From Candidatus Latescibacterota bacterium (GTDB taxonomy: Bacteria > Latescibacterota > UBA2968 > UBA8231): DNA of 64,000 nt. Position numbers and translations under genes: made by a program. Numbering within the stretch: the stretch's first letter is position 1; each line of letters opens with the position of its first letter. The notes under the pieces were generated by a model. It saw nothing but the letters and a program-made list of their open reading frames with translations. It searched no databases and had not been told where the DNA came from. The stretch lies in contig CBDAOB010000003.1 of assembly GCA_965197905.1 (NCBI GenBank), positions 800,001 to 864,000 of the forward strand. Reading direction: 5' to 3'. Positions 25,661-36,080 of the stretch are shown one piece after another.

Positions 25661-27133
25661 TCAACTGATCCAAAACGAGAACAACCGGGCGTCCCGCATG
25701 TGGAAGCGCAACCGCACCGGCTGGGACTGGCCGCCGAGTTTGCCGCCCCCGTTCCAGACTACCTCCTGGTCCACGCCATCGGTACTGATCGGCTGGCAAT
25801 CGGCGCGGGTCAAGCCGGCGATCGGCTCACCGTAGATGGTCAGCGCTTCCACCTCGATAACGCCCCTGGCGGCGTTGGCGTTGATCCGCAGCTCGCCGCC
25901 GTCGAAATGGAACGGATTGGTGGTGAGGCTGCCCTCCTCCTCCTGGGCGCTGATCGAGGCGAATCCATCCAAACGGAGGGTAGCCATTCCCAGCGCGTCG
26001 CCTATCAGCGTCTGACCGTTGCGCTCGGTGCCCATGAGGTCGCCGATGCCCCGGTGGGGGATGTTGGAGCCGCGGTAATAGAGGCGAACCTCGTCGTCCA
26101 CCACTACCGCATCGTCGAGATAGATCCGCTTCTCGTCCCAGGTACCTGGTGTACCCACCATGAACAGATGGCGGTTCCCCACCCGGGTCCACTGCCGGCC
26201 GTCGCGGCTGAAGGTGAGCTGCGTGTCCATCGTATAGTTGAACCCCTCCATGAACCGATCGTCGCCGGTGAACTCGTGGTAGACGTTGAGAAAGCCGATA
26301 TAACACCCTTCGTAGGGCAGTACCCGCATGTAATAGAACTCGGTGCCATCGCCATCCCGTTCGTCTGGAGAGATCACTTCCTCGATATCCGTCCAGTTCA
26401 GAAAATCGATGCTTTCGCTGCGTCCGATACGGCGGGTGGGAAACGCCGACAAATCGTAGGGCACGCCCTTTTTGGGCCAGTGGCGCATGACGTGCCGGCC
26501 GTTGGGACGCACATACATCACGTAGCGACCGATCTTTTCGTCCCAGAACGACCACTGGGAGCCGTCTCCCGTCGGTGAAAGCACCGGATTGGCTTCGTTG
26601 GCGGTCCAGGTCAGTCCGTCGCGCGAAAATGCCACCCCAACACCACCCTTTACATAGTGGATCATCTTGTAGCGCCGTTGATCGTCCTCATCGTGATCGT
26701 CCTTGAGCACCGTCTTGTCATGGTTAAATCCGTCGGGGAGGCGGACCATGTTGTTGTCGGTGGAGCCGTTGTATTCAACCAGGCCGAGCTTGGGGCGTTC
26801 GAAGTGGATTCCGTCTTCGGACACGGCGTAACACATGCCTGGGTCGGGCTCCGGATATACGGAATACCAGAGCTTGTAGATCTTCTCGTCGCGGTCGTAG
26901 ACCAGGTCGCAGTAGAGGAATCGCTGCCTTTCCCACGGCTCTTCCATGACGAGGATCGGATTGTCGTCCCGTTTGGTTGGACGGTGAATGAAACGCGAGA
27001 CGTTGTCCATGATGGCGATGTGGTAGTCGTCCACAAAGAGCTGGCGTTCGCGGCCGACGGTGCGGATCGGGGGCAATCGGTCTAGTGGGCTATCGCTGGT
27101 GAGGGTGACCCTTCTGGCTGCGTCCGTGGCCAT
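25661..27133 (-). CDS. Uncharacterised GH-like beta-propeller protein
   Basis: RQLFVDD, NPIL...PWE, YAVSEDGIHFERPKLGLVEYNGSTDNN, SRDG..W, LRLDGFAS, VRLRFHMRDARLFSFW. Confidence 0.82.
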   Translation of the reverse strand: MATDAARRVTLTSDSPLDRLPPIRTVGRERQLFVDDYHIAIMDNVSRFIHRPTKRDDNPILVMEEPWERQRFLYCDLVYDRDEKIYKLWYSVYPEPDPGMCYAVSEDGIHFERPKLGLVEYNGSTDNNMVRLPDGFNHDKTVLKDDHDEDDQRRYKMIHYVKGGVGVAFSRDGLTWTANEANPVLSPTGDGSQWSFWDEKIGRYVMYVRPNGRHVMRHWPKKGVPYDLSAFPTRRIGRSESIDFLNWTDIEEVISPDERDGDGTEFYYMRVLPYEGCYIGFLNVYHEFTGDDRFMEGFNYTMDTQLTFSRDGRQWTRVGNRHLFMVGTPGTWDEKRIYLDDAVVVDDEVRLYYRGSNIPHRGIGDLMGTERNGQTLIGDALGMATLRLDGFASISAQEEEGSLTTNPFHFDGGELRINANAARGVIEVEALTIYGEPIAGLTRADCQPISTDGVDQEVVWNGGGKLGGQSQPVRLRFHMRDARLFSFWIS

Positions 27134-27372
27134 GATCCTCCGTTCGTGTTTTAATGCGTCGGCCACAGAAGGTAATACAGAGAGAAATCCAAGTCAGGCT
27201 ACAAGCCCAGGAAATTCCAGGGTCCGAGCGCCCAGCGTTGGTCCGGTGATGAACTTGACGATGAGCGCAGATTGAAGCTAGCTTCGGCTGGTTTGACGGA
27301 TCAGCCGCCAGGCCAGTACCCGAATCGGACGAACGCTACCCGGGCGATGTCTGCCCAAACACCCGCGGACCA

Positions 27373-27921
27373 GTGAAGAGATCGTCTCGTCAAAGCGCGC
27401 TGCTTGCTCTGTTGCTGCTGATCACCGCGACGGTATACGCCCAGTCAACGCCAGCAGACCGACTGAGTCGCTTCAAGGCCATATTTCTGTACAACTTCAT
27501 TCAGTTCGTGCGCTGGCCCGAGGCGGATACGGCCCGGACCTTCACGATTTCTGTGCTAGGGCCCACAGTGATCGAGGAACCGTTGCGCAAGATTGCCGAT
27601 AGGCGCACCGTGGCGGGGAAGAAGCTCGAAATCAAGGTGTTGCGTAACCTCGACGATCTCGCCTCTCCCCACATAATCTTCCTACCTGCTGCGCAGAGCC
27701 ACCAGGCAAGTGCCGTACTCAAACGGATCGAAGGCACGAATATTCTCGCTATCGGAGATGCGCCCGGATTGGGCCAACAGGGAATGGCGATCAATTTCGC
27801 GCAGGTCGGAGAACATCTGAAATTCGAGATCAACCAGAGTGCTTTGGCGCGGGCCGGGCTCGGTGCTAGCTCGCAGCTGCTGAAACTTGCCATCCCGGTT
27901 GAAGACCCCAAGACCCCATGA
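27373..27921 (+). CDS. YfiR/HmsC family periplasmic protein (DUF4154)
   Basis: Signal peptide; KAIFLYNFIQFVRWP; FEINQSALARAGLGASSQLLKLA. Confidence 0.88.
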   Translation: MKRSSRQSALLALLLLITATVYAQSTPADRLSRFKAIFLYNFIQFVRWPEADTARTFTISVLGPTVIEEPLRKIADRRTVAGKKLEIKVLRNLDDLASPHIIFLPAAQSHQASAVLKRIEGTNILAIGDAPGLGQQGMAINFAQVGEHLKFEINQSALARAGLGASSQLLKLAIPVEDPKTP

Positions 27922-30092
27922 AATTGACGGATGAGGAGGTCCGCCGACGGTTCGGCTGGGCGGAGATCGATCCCGCAACCTCGGTAGTAGCCGGCTTGGT
28001 CGGCACCTGGAGAATCACCTACCACGTAGGCAGCCAAGGGGTGGACGATGGCGGTGGTCTCAAGATCTCCTGGCGGGATGTCAGCGATTGGCAGCCGCCT
28101 CAATTTGCCGACGGTGCGGCTTCAAACTTCGCCACCGTGACCGCCACCGGAGCAGCGTCCGTGCGCGCTCGGTACGAGCGGATGAATTATCTGCGTCCGT
28201 GGAGGTCGGGTGTAACCATCGATATCTTCGACGATTCGCTGGCGGAGGGCGACACCGTTACGCTGATCCTCGGAGATCGGTCGGCGGGATCTCCGGGAAG
28301 TTTCGCGCAGACTTTCTGTGCCGATGCCTTCGAGTTTCGTACCGCGGTGGATTGGTGTGGCACTTGGGTATGGACGGAGATCGAGTCGCCCAAGATTCCT
28401 ATTGTCAGCGGTGACCCCCACCGCCTGGTCGTGGTCGGCACCTCTGAAGTCGCACCCGACATCGATGCGTGGGTCGGAGTCAAAGCTGAGGATGTGTGGG
28501 GGAATCCCTGCGCCACGTATCTCGGCGAGATTCAGATCGATTCGGGCGACCTTACCGGATTGCCGAGCAGCTATCAGTTCCGTCCTGAGGACGATGGTGT
28601 AGTGCGCTTCACGGGATTAAAAGCGTCGGAGCCAGGCATCTCCAGGGTTAAGGTGATCGATACGGAAAACGGCCTTGAAGCGGAGAGCAATCCGCTGCGT
28701 CGTCTGTCGGCGCCGGCCGAGCGCGGCCGCTTCTGGGGGGATCTCCATGGGCAGAGCGGAGAAACGGTCGGTACGAATACGGTGGAGTCGTATTTCCACT
28801 TCGCGCGCACGAAGGCGATGGTGGATTTCGCCGGGCACCAGGGGAACGACTTCCAGATTACCAGAGCCGTGTGGGATGAGATCCGACATCAGGCCAATAC
28901 TCAGACCGAGGAAGGTGTATTTGTTGCGCTGGTGGGATACGAATGGTCCGGGAACACGCCGCTGGGAGGAGATCACAATGTTTATTATCCAGGAGAAGAC
29001 GGCCCGATATATCGTTCCAGCCACGAACTAATCGACGACAAGTACGACGGTGACACGGACTGTCCCCACGTAACCGATCTGTACAGGGCCCTAGAAAGCC
29101 GAGATGCCCTGCTCGTTCCCCATGTTGGAGGTCGCTACGCCAATCTGGATTGGCACGATCCCCGTCTGGAACCGGTAATAGAGGTATACTCCAACTGGGG
29201 TGAGTTCGAGTGGTTTTTGCAGGAGGCACTCGAGAAGGGTTACCGGGTAGGTTTCGTCGCCGGCAGCGATGACCACAAAGGGAGGCCAGGCGCCGCCCAC
29301 CCTGGTCGCGGCGCGTTCGGCTGCTACGGCGGTTTGACCTGCGTTATGGCGCGGGAACTGACGCGGGAGGCAATTTTCGAAGCGCTGCGGGCGCGGCGAT
29401 GCTACGGCACGACCGGCCAGCGAATCCTTCTGGATGTGAGCGCTGACGGACACCCGATGGGTTCCCAGATAAGAGCTGAAGAACCTCCCGAGTTCAAGGT
29501 CGAGTGCGTCGGAACGGCTCCTATCGAGCGGGTCCATCTGATGCGCGGGACGGAAGAGGTTTATCGCTTTCCGGAGCATGTCGAGCGCGATGAATCGAGG
29601 GTGCGGATCTCTTGGTCGGGCCAACGCATCCGGGCGCGAAACCGGCGCATCGTTTGGGATGGGTCGGTCGTACTGAGTGCGGGTCGGATTCTGAAGGCGG
29701 ATGGGCACGCCTTCGATTCGGCGGCCGAGGGTATCCGCGAGGTGGGAGAGCAACGGGTGAGCTGGGAATCGGTGACAACCGGCGACGAGGACGGAGTAGT
29801 GTTGACGGTAGATGCACCAGATGATGCCGTGCTCCGCTTCGAATCACCGGTGATGAACCGCGACGTTAGTTTGAAGGATATCAAGTCGGGACCCATCGTC
29901 GTCGAAGCGGTCGGCATCGGTGTGAAAGTTGTCTTCGAGCTCTTGCCCAAGGGGGTGGGGCGCGAGGTGAGCTTCACATACCGTGAGCCCGATCTGCGGA
30001 ATGGTAGCTATCCGTACTGGGTCAGGGTGGTTCAGGTAGACGGTGCCAAAGCGTGGGCAAGCCCGATCTACGTAACGATCGGATCGTCTTGA
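27918..30092 (+). CDS. DUF3604 domain protein (PHP-like metallohydrolase fold)
   Basis: WGDLHGQSGETVG, HQGNDFQI, GYEWSG..GGDHNV, PHVGGR, SDDHKGRPG, RRCYGTTG. Confidence 0.85.
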   Translation: MKLTDEEVRRRFGWAEIDPATSVVAGLVGTWRITYHVGSQGVDDGGGLKISWRDVSDWQPPQFADGAASNFATVTATGAASVRARYERMNYLRPWRSGVTIDIFDDSLAEGDTVTLILGDRSAGSPGSFAQTFCADAFEFRTAVDWCGTWVWTEIESPKIPIVSGDPHRLVVVGTSEVAPDIDAWVGVKAEDVWGNPCATYLGEIQIDSGDLTGLPSSYQFRPEDDGVVRFTGLKASEPGISRVKVIDTENGLEAESNPLRRLSAPAERGRFWGDLHGQSGETVGTNTVESYFHFARTKAMVDFAGHQGNDFQITRAVWDEIRHQANTQTEEGVFVALVGYEWSGNTPLGGDHNVYYPGEDGPIYRSSHELIDDKYDGDTDCPHVTDLYRALESRDALLVPHVGGRYANLDWHDPRLEPVIEVYSNWGEFEWFLQEALEKGYRVGFVAGSDDHKGRPGAAHPGRGAFGCYGGLTCVMARELTREAIFEALRARRCYGTTGQRILLDVSADGHPMGSQIRAEEPPEFKVECVGTAPIERVHLMRGTEEVYRFPEHVERDESRVRISWSGQRIRARNRRIVWDGSVVLSAGRILKADGHAFDSAAEGIREVGEQRVSWESVTTGDEDGVVLTVDAPDDAVLRFESPVMNRDVSLKDIKSGPIVVEAVGIGVKVVFELLPKGVGREVSFTYREPDLRNGSYPYWVRVVQVDGAKAWASPIYVTIGSS

Positions 30093-30187
30093 GTGACATC
30101 CGCAGTGTTCGGATCCTGCACTGCGCAACCCACACCTGCGACTTTGTATCTGAAGAAAAGGCGCGAAAATTTAGTTTCCAAGGAACT

Positions 30188-31945
30188 CTACGCCCTTTTG
30201 ATCTCGGTCTCGGCCACTAGCTCCTGCGCCTCGATCATTTGGCTGTAGAGCCCGCCCCGAGCCAGCAGCTGATTGTGGTTGCCTACCTCTACAACGCGTC
30301 CCTCGTCCATAACGATCAGACAATCGGCGTTGCGAACCGTGGACAGTCGATGGGCGATGACTAACGTGGTCCGGTGACTCAGCAACCGGCTCACTGCCTG
30401 CTGAATCAGCAGTTCCGTCCGCGTGTCTACCGACGACGTGGCTTCGTCGAAAATGAGAATGGCGGCGTCCTTCAAAAGGGCGCGGGCGATGGACAAGCGC
30501 TGCTTCTGACCCCCCGAAAGCCGCATCCCACGTTCCCCGATGACCGTATCGTAGCCATCCGGCAGTTCCCGAATGAACTCCTCGGCGTTGGCCGCCTGGG
30601 CCGCCCGCTCTACGTCAGCTCTGCTCGCTTCGGGCCGGCCGAAGATGATGTTGTTGAGTACCGTGCCGTGAAACAGGAAAACGTCCTGCTGCACCGAGGC
30701 GATATTTTCGCGCAGGTAGTCCAGCGGCAGTTTGCGGATGTCGTGTCCGCCAATGAGAATGCCGCCCTGTTGCGGATCGTAGTAACGCGGCAACAGGCTC
30801 GATAAGGTGGTCTTGCCGGCTCCCGTATGCCCCACCAACGCGACCACCTGACCTTCGCCAATGCTGAAATCCACGTCGTGTACCACCGGATGGTTTGAGT
30901 CGTAGCCGAAGGTGACGCCGCTGAAACCTACGTCCCATTTGTGTTCTCCAGGCGGGATCGCCGCATCGGGGGCATCGACGATGTCCGATTCAACCGCCAA
31001 CAGCTGGAATACGCGATCGGTGCTCACGCTCGCTTTCTGTAGCACGTCGTTAATCGATGCGAGTGTTAGGAACGGCTGGTAGATATGGCCGACGTAAAGG
31101 ATGAAAACGAACAGGTCGGCCAACGCGATGCGACCCCCCAGGGCGGCACTGCCGCCGCTCAAGATGACGAGCACGATGCCGATGCCTCCCACGGTTTCGA
31201 TGAGACCTGAGGGAATCAGGGAGATCATGTTGGCTTCGATGGAGGCGTCGCGAAAGGAACGACTATGCCCCTCGATGCGGCGGTCGGCTGCCTCCTCTTG
31301 CACGAAAGACTTGATGACGGTAATGCCCGAGAGGTTGTCGTGAATCTGGGCGACAAGCTCTGAGAGCCTGGCGCGCACCGTGTGCCACTTGCTGCGAACC
31401 CTGCGTACGTATCTGTAGACTAGGAAGCCTGCCAGCGGTATCGGCAGCAGCGTGATCAGGGCGAGTTCTGCATCCAGCGAAAAAAGGATCACCATCATCG
31501 CCGTCGGTAAGACCAGCGCAAGGACGGTTTCCGGGACCCCGTGTGCGATGAAATCCTCCACCGCTTCTACGTCGTTGACGGAACGGGCGATCAGGTTGCC
31601 GGTGCGTTCGTTGGTGAAAAAACGGTGAGGCAGGCGTTGCACGTGACGGTAGGTACGCACCATCAGATCGTGCATCACCTTGTAAGCGGCGACATGGGAG
31701 AAGCGGCCATAACCATAGCGGGTCAAGCCGCGAACGGCGTAGATCGCCAGCAGGGCAGCGGTCATCTCGATGAGCCCGAAATCGGAGTCGGTGGGAACAC
31801 CTTCCGTGAGCCAGATTATGAGCTGCCGAATCAATAACGGCGGCAGCAGATTGGCTCCGGCGAAGGCCAAGCCACAGCCTATTGAGAACACTAACAGGAG
31901 CCGGTTGCCCTCCAACAACTGGTAGAATTGGCGCAGAAATTTCAT
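30188..31945 (-). CDS. ABC exporter, fused permease/ATPase (MsbA-like)
   Basis: TM domain; GHTGAGKT, LSGGQKQR, FDEATS, IAHRLST. Confidence 0.95.
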   Translation of the reverse strand: MKFLRQFYQLLEGNRLLLVFSIGCGLAFAGANLLPPLLIRQLIIWLTEGVPTDSDFGLIEMTAALLAIYAVRGLTRYGYGRFSHVAAYKVMHDLMVRTYRHVQRLPHRFFTNERTGNLIARSVNDVEAVEDFIAHGVPETVLALVLPTAMMVILFSLDAELALITLLPIPLAGFLVYRYVRRVRSKWHTVRARLSELVAQIHDNLSGITVIKSFVQEEAADRRIEGHSRSFRDASIEANMISLIPSGLIETVGGIGIVLVILSGGSAALGGRIALADLFVFILYVGHIYQPFLTLASINDVLQKASVSTDRVFQLLAVESDIVDAPDAAIPPGEHKWDVGFSGVTFGYDSNHPVVHDVDFSIGEGQVVALVGHTGAGKTTLSSLLPRYYDPQQGGILIGGHDIRKLPLDYLRENIASVQQDVFLFHGTVLNNIIFGRPEASRADVERAAQAANAEEFIRELPDGYDTVIGERGMRLSGGQKQRLSIARALLKDAAILIFDEATSSVDTRTELLIQQAVSRLLSHRTTLVIAHRLSTVRNADCLIVMDEGRVVEVGNHNQLLARGGLYSQMIEAQELVAETEIKRA

Positions 31946-32167
31946 AGCAGATTCTTGAGTTCGGGGACACAAAATGGCGGGAAGGATTGAATATAGGCGC
32001 AGCCATGCGCCATGGCCACTCGAAGTCACCGTGACAGGAACCGCCGGCGTGCTGGACGCAGCTGTTACGAGCATGGCGATCCCTCATGGCAGCCCCAGGT
32101 GCGCAAGCCCGCCCCTGCCGCCGTGGGCTTGGAGTGGTCTTCACTTCTGTCTTTATTGGTGAGCGAC

Positions 32168-33568
32168 ATGGGCATGAATCGCGAGCGCACCCTGGGAATC
32201 ACCGTTCTGGCTGACTACATATGTAGCGAAGGGGTCGAGTCCGTACTGCGCAATGTCATCGAGCGCCTCGGCGCCAATGCGGTGGCGCTCAATCCCACCG
32301 TCTCGGCGCCGGCCCCGGAGGCCACCGGCAGTTTTCAACCTCCCGCGGATGCCGGCACCAGCCCACGCGTGTTTGATCGACCTCTGTGGGGGAAAACCTC
32401 GTTGTGGGTGCGGTCTGCCCCCAGCTTCGAACCGAATCGATCATTTTATGCGGATACACCCTACGAACCGCGCCAAGCCGACGAGCTGACCCGCCAGCAA
32501 GGGGGGGTTATCGAGCAGTTCATCGACGAGGCCCTGCGACGCGGACTCGAGGTCTATCTCCAGATCAACGCTTCTACGCCCCCAAAACTGCGAGCCGATG
32601 ATGTGCCGCAGCTTCCCAATGGAGACAGACCCAAACGGATGGCGGAGATTGGGAGTCTCGCCAGCCCTGCGATCCGCGCCTATACGCGGGCGTACTTGCG
32701 CGATCTGCTGGAGCGCTACCCCCAGATCACCGGGTTTCGTCCGGACTGGCCCGAATATCCATGTTACATGCTGGAAGAGGCGTTTCAGGACTTCGGTCCA
32801 CACGTCAGAGATTGGGCTGAGTCCCGTGGTTTCGACTTCGAGCGGATGCGCATCGAAGTGGGGACTCTTTTCGAATATCTGCACGGGGCGTTGACAACGA
32901 AGGATCTTCAGCAATTGGCTGCTCCCGGCCTCGGCATGTCGCCGCGTGCAGAGTTGATGCAGCTTTCCCCCGCCGCCTTCGGGTGGCTCCAACTCAAACG
33001 GGCCCTCTCGCTGGATTTGCTGTGTCACTGGCGCGATTCCATTACCACCTACGGCGGAGCCGACAAGGAACTCTCTGCAAACGCGTTCATGCCGCCTCTT
33101 TCCCATCTGACCGGTTTTGATTTCTCCGGAGCGGTGGCGTACTGCAACGCCGTTTCGCCCAAACTCTACACTATGCACTGGAGTGCGATGGTCGACTTCT
33201 GGGGCACCGAACTGCTGGGTCAAAACCGTGATCTGGACGAACCGGTTCTGGTCGCGGCGCTTACCAATCTGTTCGACCTGGGCGCAGCGAACGCTGACGA
33301 GCGCATAGCCGATTATGGTTACCCGGAGCCTCACGAGGATCATCCCGTCGCGGATGAGTGCCAAGCTCGCAGAATCGCTCAGGTGCGGGCCGAGGTAAAC
33401 GGTGGCTGTCAGGTTACGCCCATTGTGCATGGCTACGGACCGTTCGAAGACTTCTGCCGGCGCTTTCGCGTCGCAGCCGCCAGCTCTCCCGATGGATTGT
33501 GGATCAACCGGTACGGATATCTAAGCGACCAAAAGCTCGATGCAGTGGGGGATCTTTGGGAAGCGTAA
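32168..33568 (+). CDS. Conserved hypothetical protein, probable TIM-barrel (GH-like)
   Basis: Long ORF; ERYPQITGFRPDWPEYP, KLYTMHW, WINRYGYLSD; function not assignable. Confidence 0.65.
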   Translation: MGMNRERTLGITVLADYICSEGVESVLRNVIERLGANAVALNPTVSAPAPEATGSFQPPADAGTSPRVFDRPLWGKTSLWVRSAPSFEPNRSFYADTPYEPRQADELTRQQGGVIEQFIDEALRRGLEVYLQINASTPPKLRADDVPQLPNGDRPKRMAEIGSLASPAIRAYTRAYLRDLLERYPQITGFRPDWPEYPCYMLEEAFQDFGPHVRDWAESRGFDFERMRIEVGTLFEYLHGALTTKDLQQLAAPGLGMSPRAELMQLSPAAFGWLQLKRALSLDLLCHWRDSITTYGGADKELSANAFMPPLSHLTGFDFSGAVAYCNAVSPKLYTMHWSAMVDFWGTELLGQNRDLDEPVLVAALTNLFDLGAANADERIADYGYPEPHEDHPVADECQARRIAQVRAEVNGGCQVTPIVHGYGPFEDFCRRFRVAAASSPDGLWINRYGYLSDQKLDAVGDLWEA

Positions 33569-33605
33569 CCTCCGTCGGTAGAAACTTGTCGAACCTATCC
33601 ACGTC

Positions 33606-36068
33606 GTGAACAGGATTCCTCCCGAAAACCTGGCCGCACCCAGGGATTCGCTGGCCGTCATTGTGGTCGGTGCAGCGAGTCTTCTGCTGCTTCAGTTTCG
33701 CACCCTTCCCAAGCTGAGCGCCCTCGCTGCCTCTTACTCAAGCTTCGCGTTGTTCAAGAACGACTTCGAGCTGGAGATCCAGACCAGTGGCGAGGATCTC
33801 GTATGGTTTGCGTGCCTCTTCATCTGCCTTGCTACGATGGTGTTGCTGGAATTGCGGCGGATGAGCCTAACGAAACTGCTCCGATGGATTTTCGCCAGCG
33901 AGCGCCGAACCTGGTCGGCGCTGATCATACTCTCGACCACCTGGATTCGGTTCTACTGGGCGCCCGGTGAAGGTCGATGGGTTGGTGACGCCACCGCGCA
34001 CCTCGCCTATTTGATACCGGCGGCGCACACCATCAAGTCGCTGGAGCTGCCGGTATGGTCGAACCTTATCGGCGTTGGAACGCCATACCTTCAATACTAC
34101 GGGTTCCTCTACTTCTACCTGGCCGGCGCCCTGGACTACTTCGTGCGGGATATCCACGTCACCACCAAGCTGTCGCTGTGGCTCGGACACCTCGCTTCAG
34201 CGGCGACCATGTACCTGTTTACAAGTAGGGTCTTGAATTCGCGCCCGGCTGCCTTCGTGGCGGCTCTGGCCTACGTAGCCAGCTTCTGGCACACCCAGCA
34301 GGTTCTGTTGATGGGCCGTTTTCCTCTTTCACTTTTCTACGCCCTGCTACCCCTTCCATTCTATCTGCTCGAACGCTCAGTGGGCGGAGACAAGCGGATA
34401 TGTATCATGGGTTTGGGTGGGATCAGCCTCGGCGTCCTGCCGATGGTACATCCGGGTTACGGTTTTTGGGCCACCATTTTCTTCCTGGTATATGCGGTTA
34501 TCCGCGTCTGGACCGGACCTACTAACCAGCGCGAGGCGATTCGGGCAGCGGTGTCGATGACCGCTGTCGCACTGGTCTTCGGAGCTTACATCACCTTGGG
34601 CATGTGGATGGAGCAGGAGGGAACCGGGATTGAAAAGGGGGTCGATCTGGCCGGCGTAGGGGATCCCTCCTGGAAAAGGGTGTTTCTCTGGTCCAACCTC
34701 TTCTTCCCGATCGTTCCACTAGAACCGGCGGAGGCGGAATGGTATGGCGGCTACCTAGGGGTCTCTCTTCTCGCCCTGGCTGCAGTAGGCGGTGTCTTGC
34801 GAACCCGATTCTCGAGGAATCATGCCGTAAACGGGTTGCCTGCCGCGGCCTGTCTGGCCTTAAGCTTTCTACTGGTCTTTGGCTACCGTTTGAGCGTGCT
34901 GCAAGCCATCCCGGTCGTCACCGCTCTCAATGCCGGACGATATCTCCTTTTTACCGTCTTTTTTCTGTCGCTTGCGGCAGGGTTCGGCTGCAGAGCGCTG
35001 GCAGATCTGAACTTGCTCCGGCGCGAGCGGTGGTCGATGGCGACTATTCCCATTCTAGCGATCCTCGCCGATCTGGGCCCGACCACCTTCCAGCAACCCT
35101 ACACCTTGAAGGTGGGCATCCTGATAAAGGGATCGGAATCGTTCGTGGACAACCTGACCAAAGCGAAATTCAACGACGGCTTGTCCGCGGGAGAGCTGCC
35201 GCCTTACCGTGTGTTCATGAACCTCGACACCTTCCACCCCTTTCTGGCGTCGACCTGGCTGCTGGAACGCACGGGCTGGCCCTCGCCATTGGCCGAGCAC
35301 CGGCGAATCCTTCCGTCCATGATGATCTTCGTGAGTCCGTTCGAGCGTTATCTCAATCGCGTTCTGCGACGGCTCGACGACCCCGAGGCGGCAGGTTCGT
35401 TTTCGAAGTCGAGTACCGTGATCGGTGGTCTTCACATGCTGAATGTGCACAGTCTCCTGGCGGTTCAAGAAGGCAACAGCGGTTCGCGCATCGTGGAATG
35501 GCGGCGCGCATCACCCATACTGGTTTCGCCCCAGCTTGCACCTCGAGTAAGTCTCACGGAAGCCTGGCCGTCGGAACAGGTCGTGGACTGGGCGCTGGCT
35601 CGCTTTTCCGACAGAGATCCGATGCAGACCTTGCAAGAGCTCTACCCCGTGGCGCAGCTCATCGCCGACACCGAGGTGGATGCAGGACGCAATGCTTGTT
35701 CTCGCATATTCGTTGCGGACCTGCAGACGCCGGTTGACCTGGGCACCGAACCCGACGTGGTCGTTCACTCGCACCGTGTCTGGGATCAACGAGTTGAGAT
35801 CGAAGCGACCGTCAGTGAGCGCTGTTTCGCTCGTCTGGCGTATGCCTATTTTCCCAGTCTCAGCGTCCGCGTGAACGGGCAGGTGGTTGATGCGATGAAG
35901 TCGAGCGGAGGTTTCCTGGTCGTCCCCCTCGAGTCCGGAGAAAACCGAATCGAGATTGTTGCCAACCTCTCTCATCTCCGGCGAGCGTTGCTCGGACTTG
36001 ATTTCCTGATCGCACTGGCTACGGTTTGGTTCTGGAAACGAGAGCGGCGATCAATCGGGAACCTATAG
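33606..36068 (+). CDS. Multi-pass membrane protein, YfhO/PTPS-related, probable GT-C glycosyltransferase
   Basis: GDATAH...PVWSN...GTPYLQYYG, many TM segments, C-terminal AYFPSLSVRVNG...VPLESGENRIEI. Confidence 0.7.
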   Translation: MNRIPPENLAAPRDSLAVIVVGAASLLLLQFRTLPKLSALAASYSSFALFKNDFELEIQTSGEDLVWFACLFICLATMVLLELRRMSLTKLLRWIFASERRTWSALIILSTTWIRFYWAPGEGRWVGDATAHLAYLIPAAHTIKSLELPVWSNLIGVGTPYLQYYGFLYFYLAGALDYFVRDIHVTTKLSLWLGHLASAATMYLFTSRVLNSRPAAFVAALAYVASFWHTQQVLLMGRFPLSLFYALLPLPFYLLERSVGGDKRICIMGLGGISLGVLPMVHPGYGFWATIFFLVYAVIRVWTGPTNQREAIRAAVSMTAVALVFGAYITLGMWMEQEGTGIEKGVDLAGVGDPSWKRVFLWSNLFFPIVPLEPAEAEWYGGYLGVSLLALAAVGGVLRTRFSRNHAVNGLPAAACLALSFLLVFGYRLSVLQAIPVVTALNAGRYLLFTVFFLSLAAGFGCRALADLNLLRRERWSMATIPILAILADLGPTTFQQPYTLKVGILIKGSESFVDNLTKAKFNDGLSAGELPPYRVFMNLDTFHPFLASTWLLERTGWPSPLAEHRRILPSMMIFVSPFERYLNRVLRRLDDPEAAGSFSKSSTVIGGLHMLNVHSLLAVQEGNSGSRIVEWRRASPILVSPQLAPRVSLTEAWPSEQVVDWALARFSDRDPMQTLQELYPVAQLIADTEVDAGRNACSRIFVADLQTPVDLGTEPDVVVHSHRVWDQRVEIEATVSERCFARLAYAYFPSLSVRVNGQVVDAMKSSGGFLVVPLESGENRIEIVANLSHLRRALLGLDFLIALATVWFWKRERRSIGNL

Positions 36069-36080
36069 AGGAGCAGCTTT

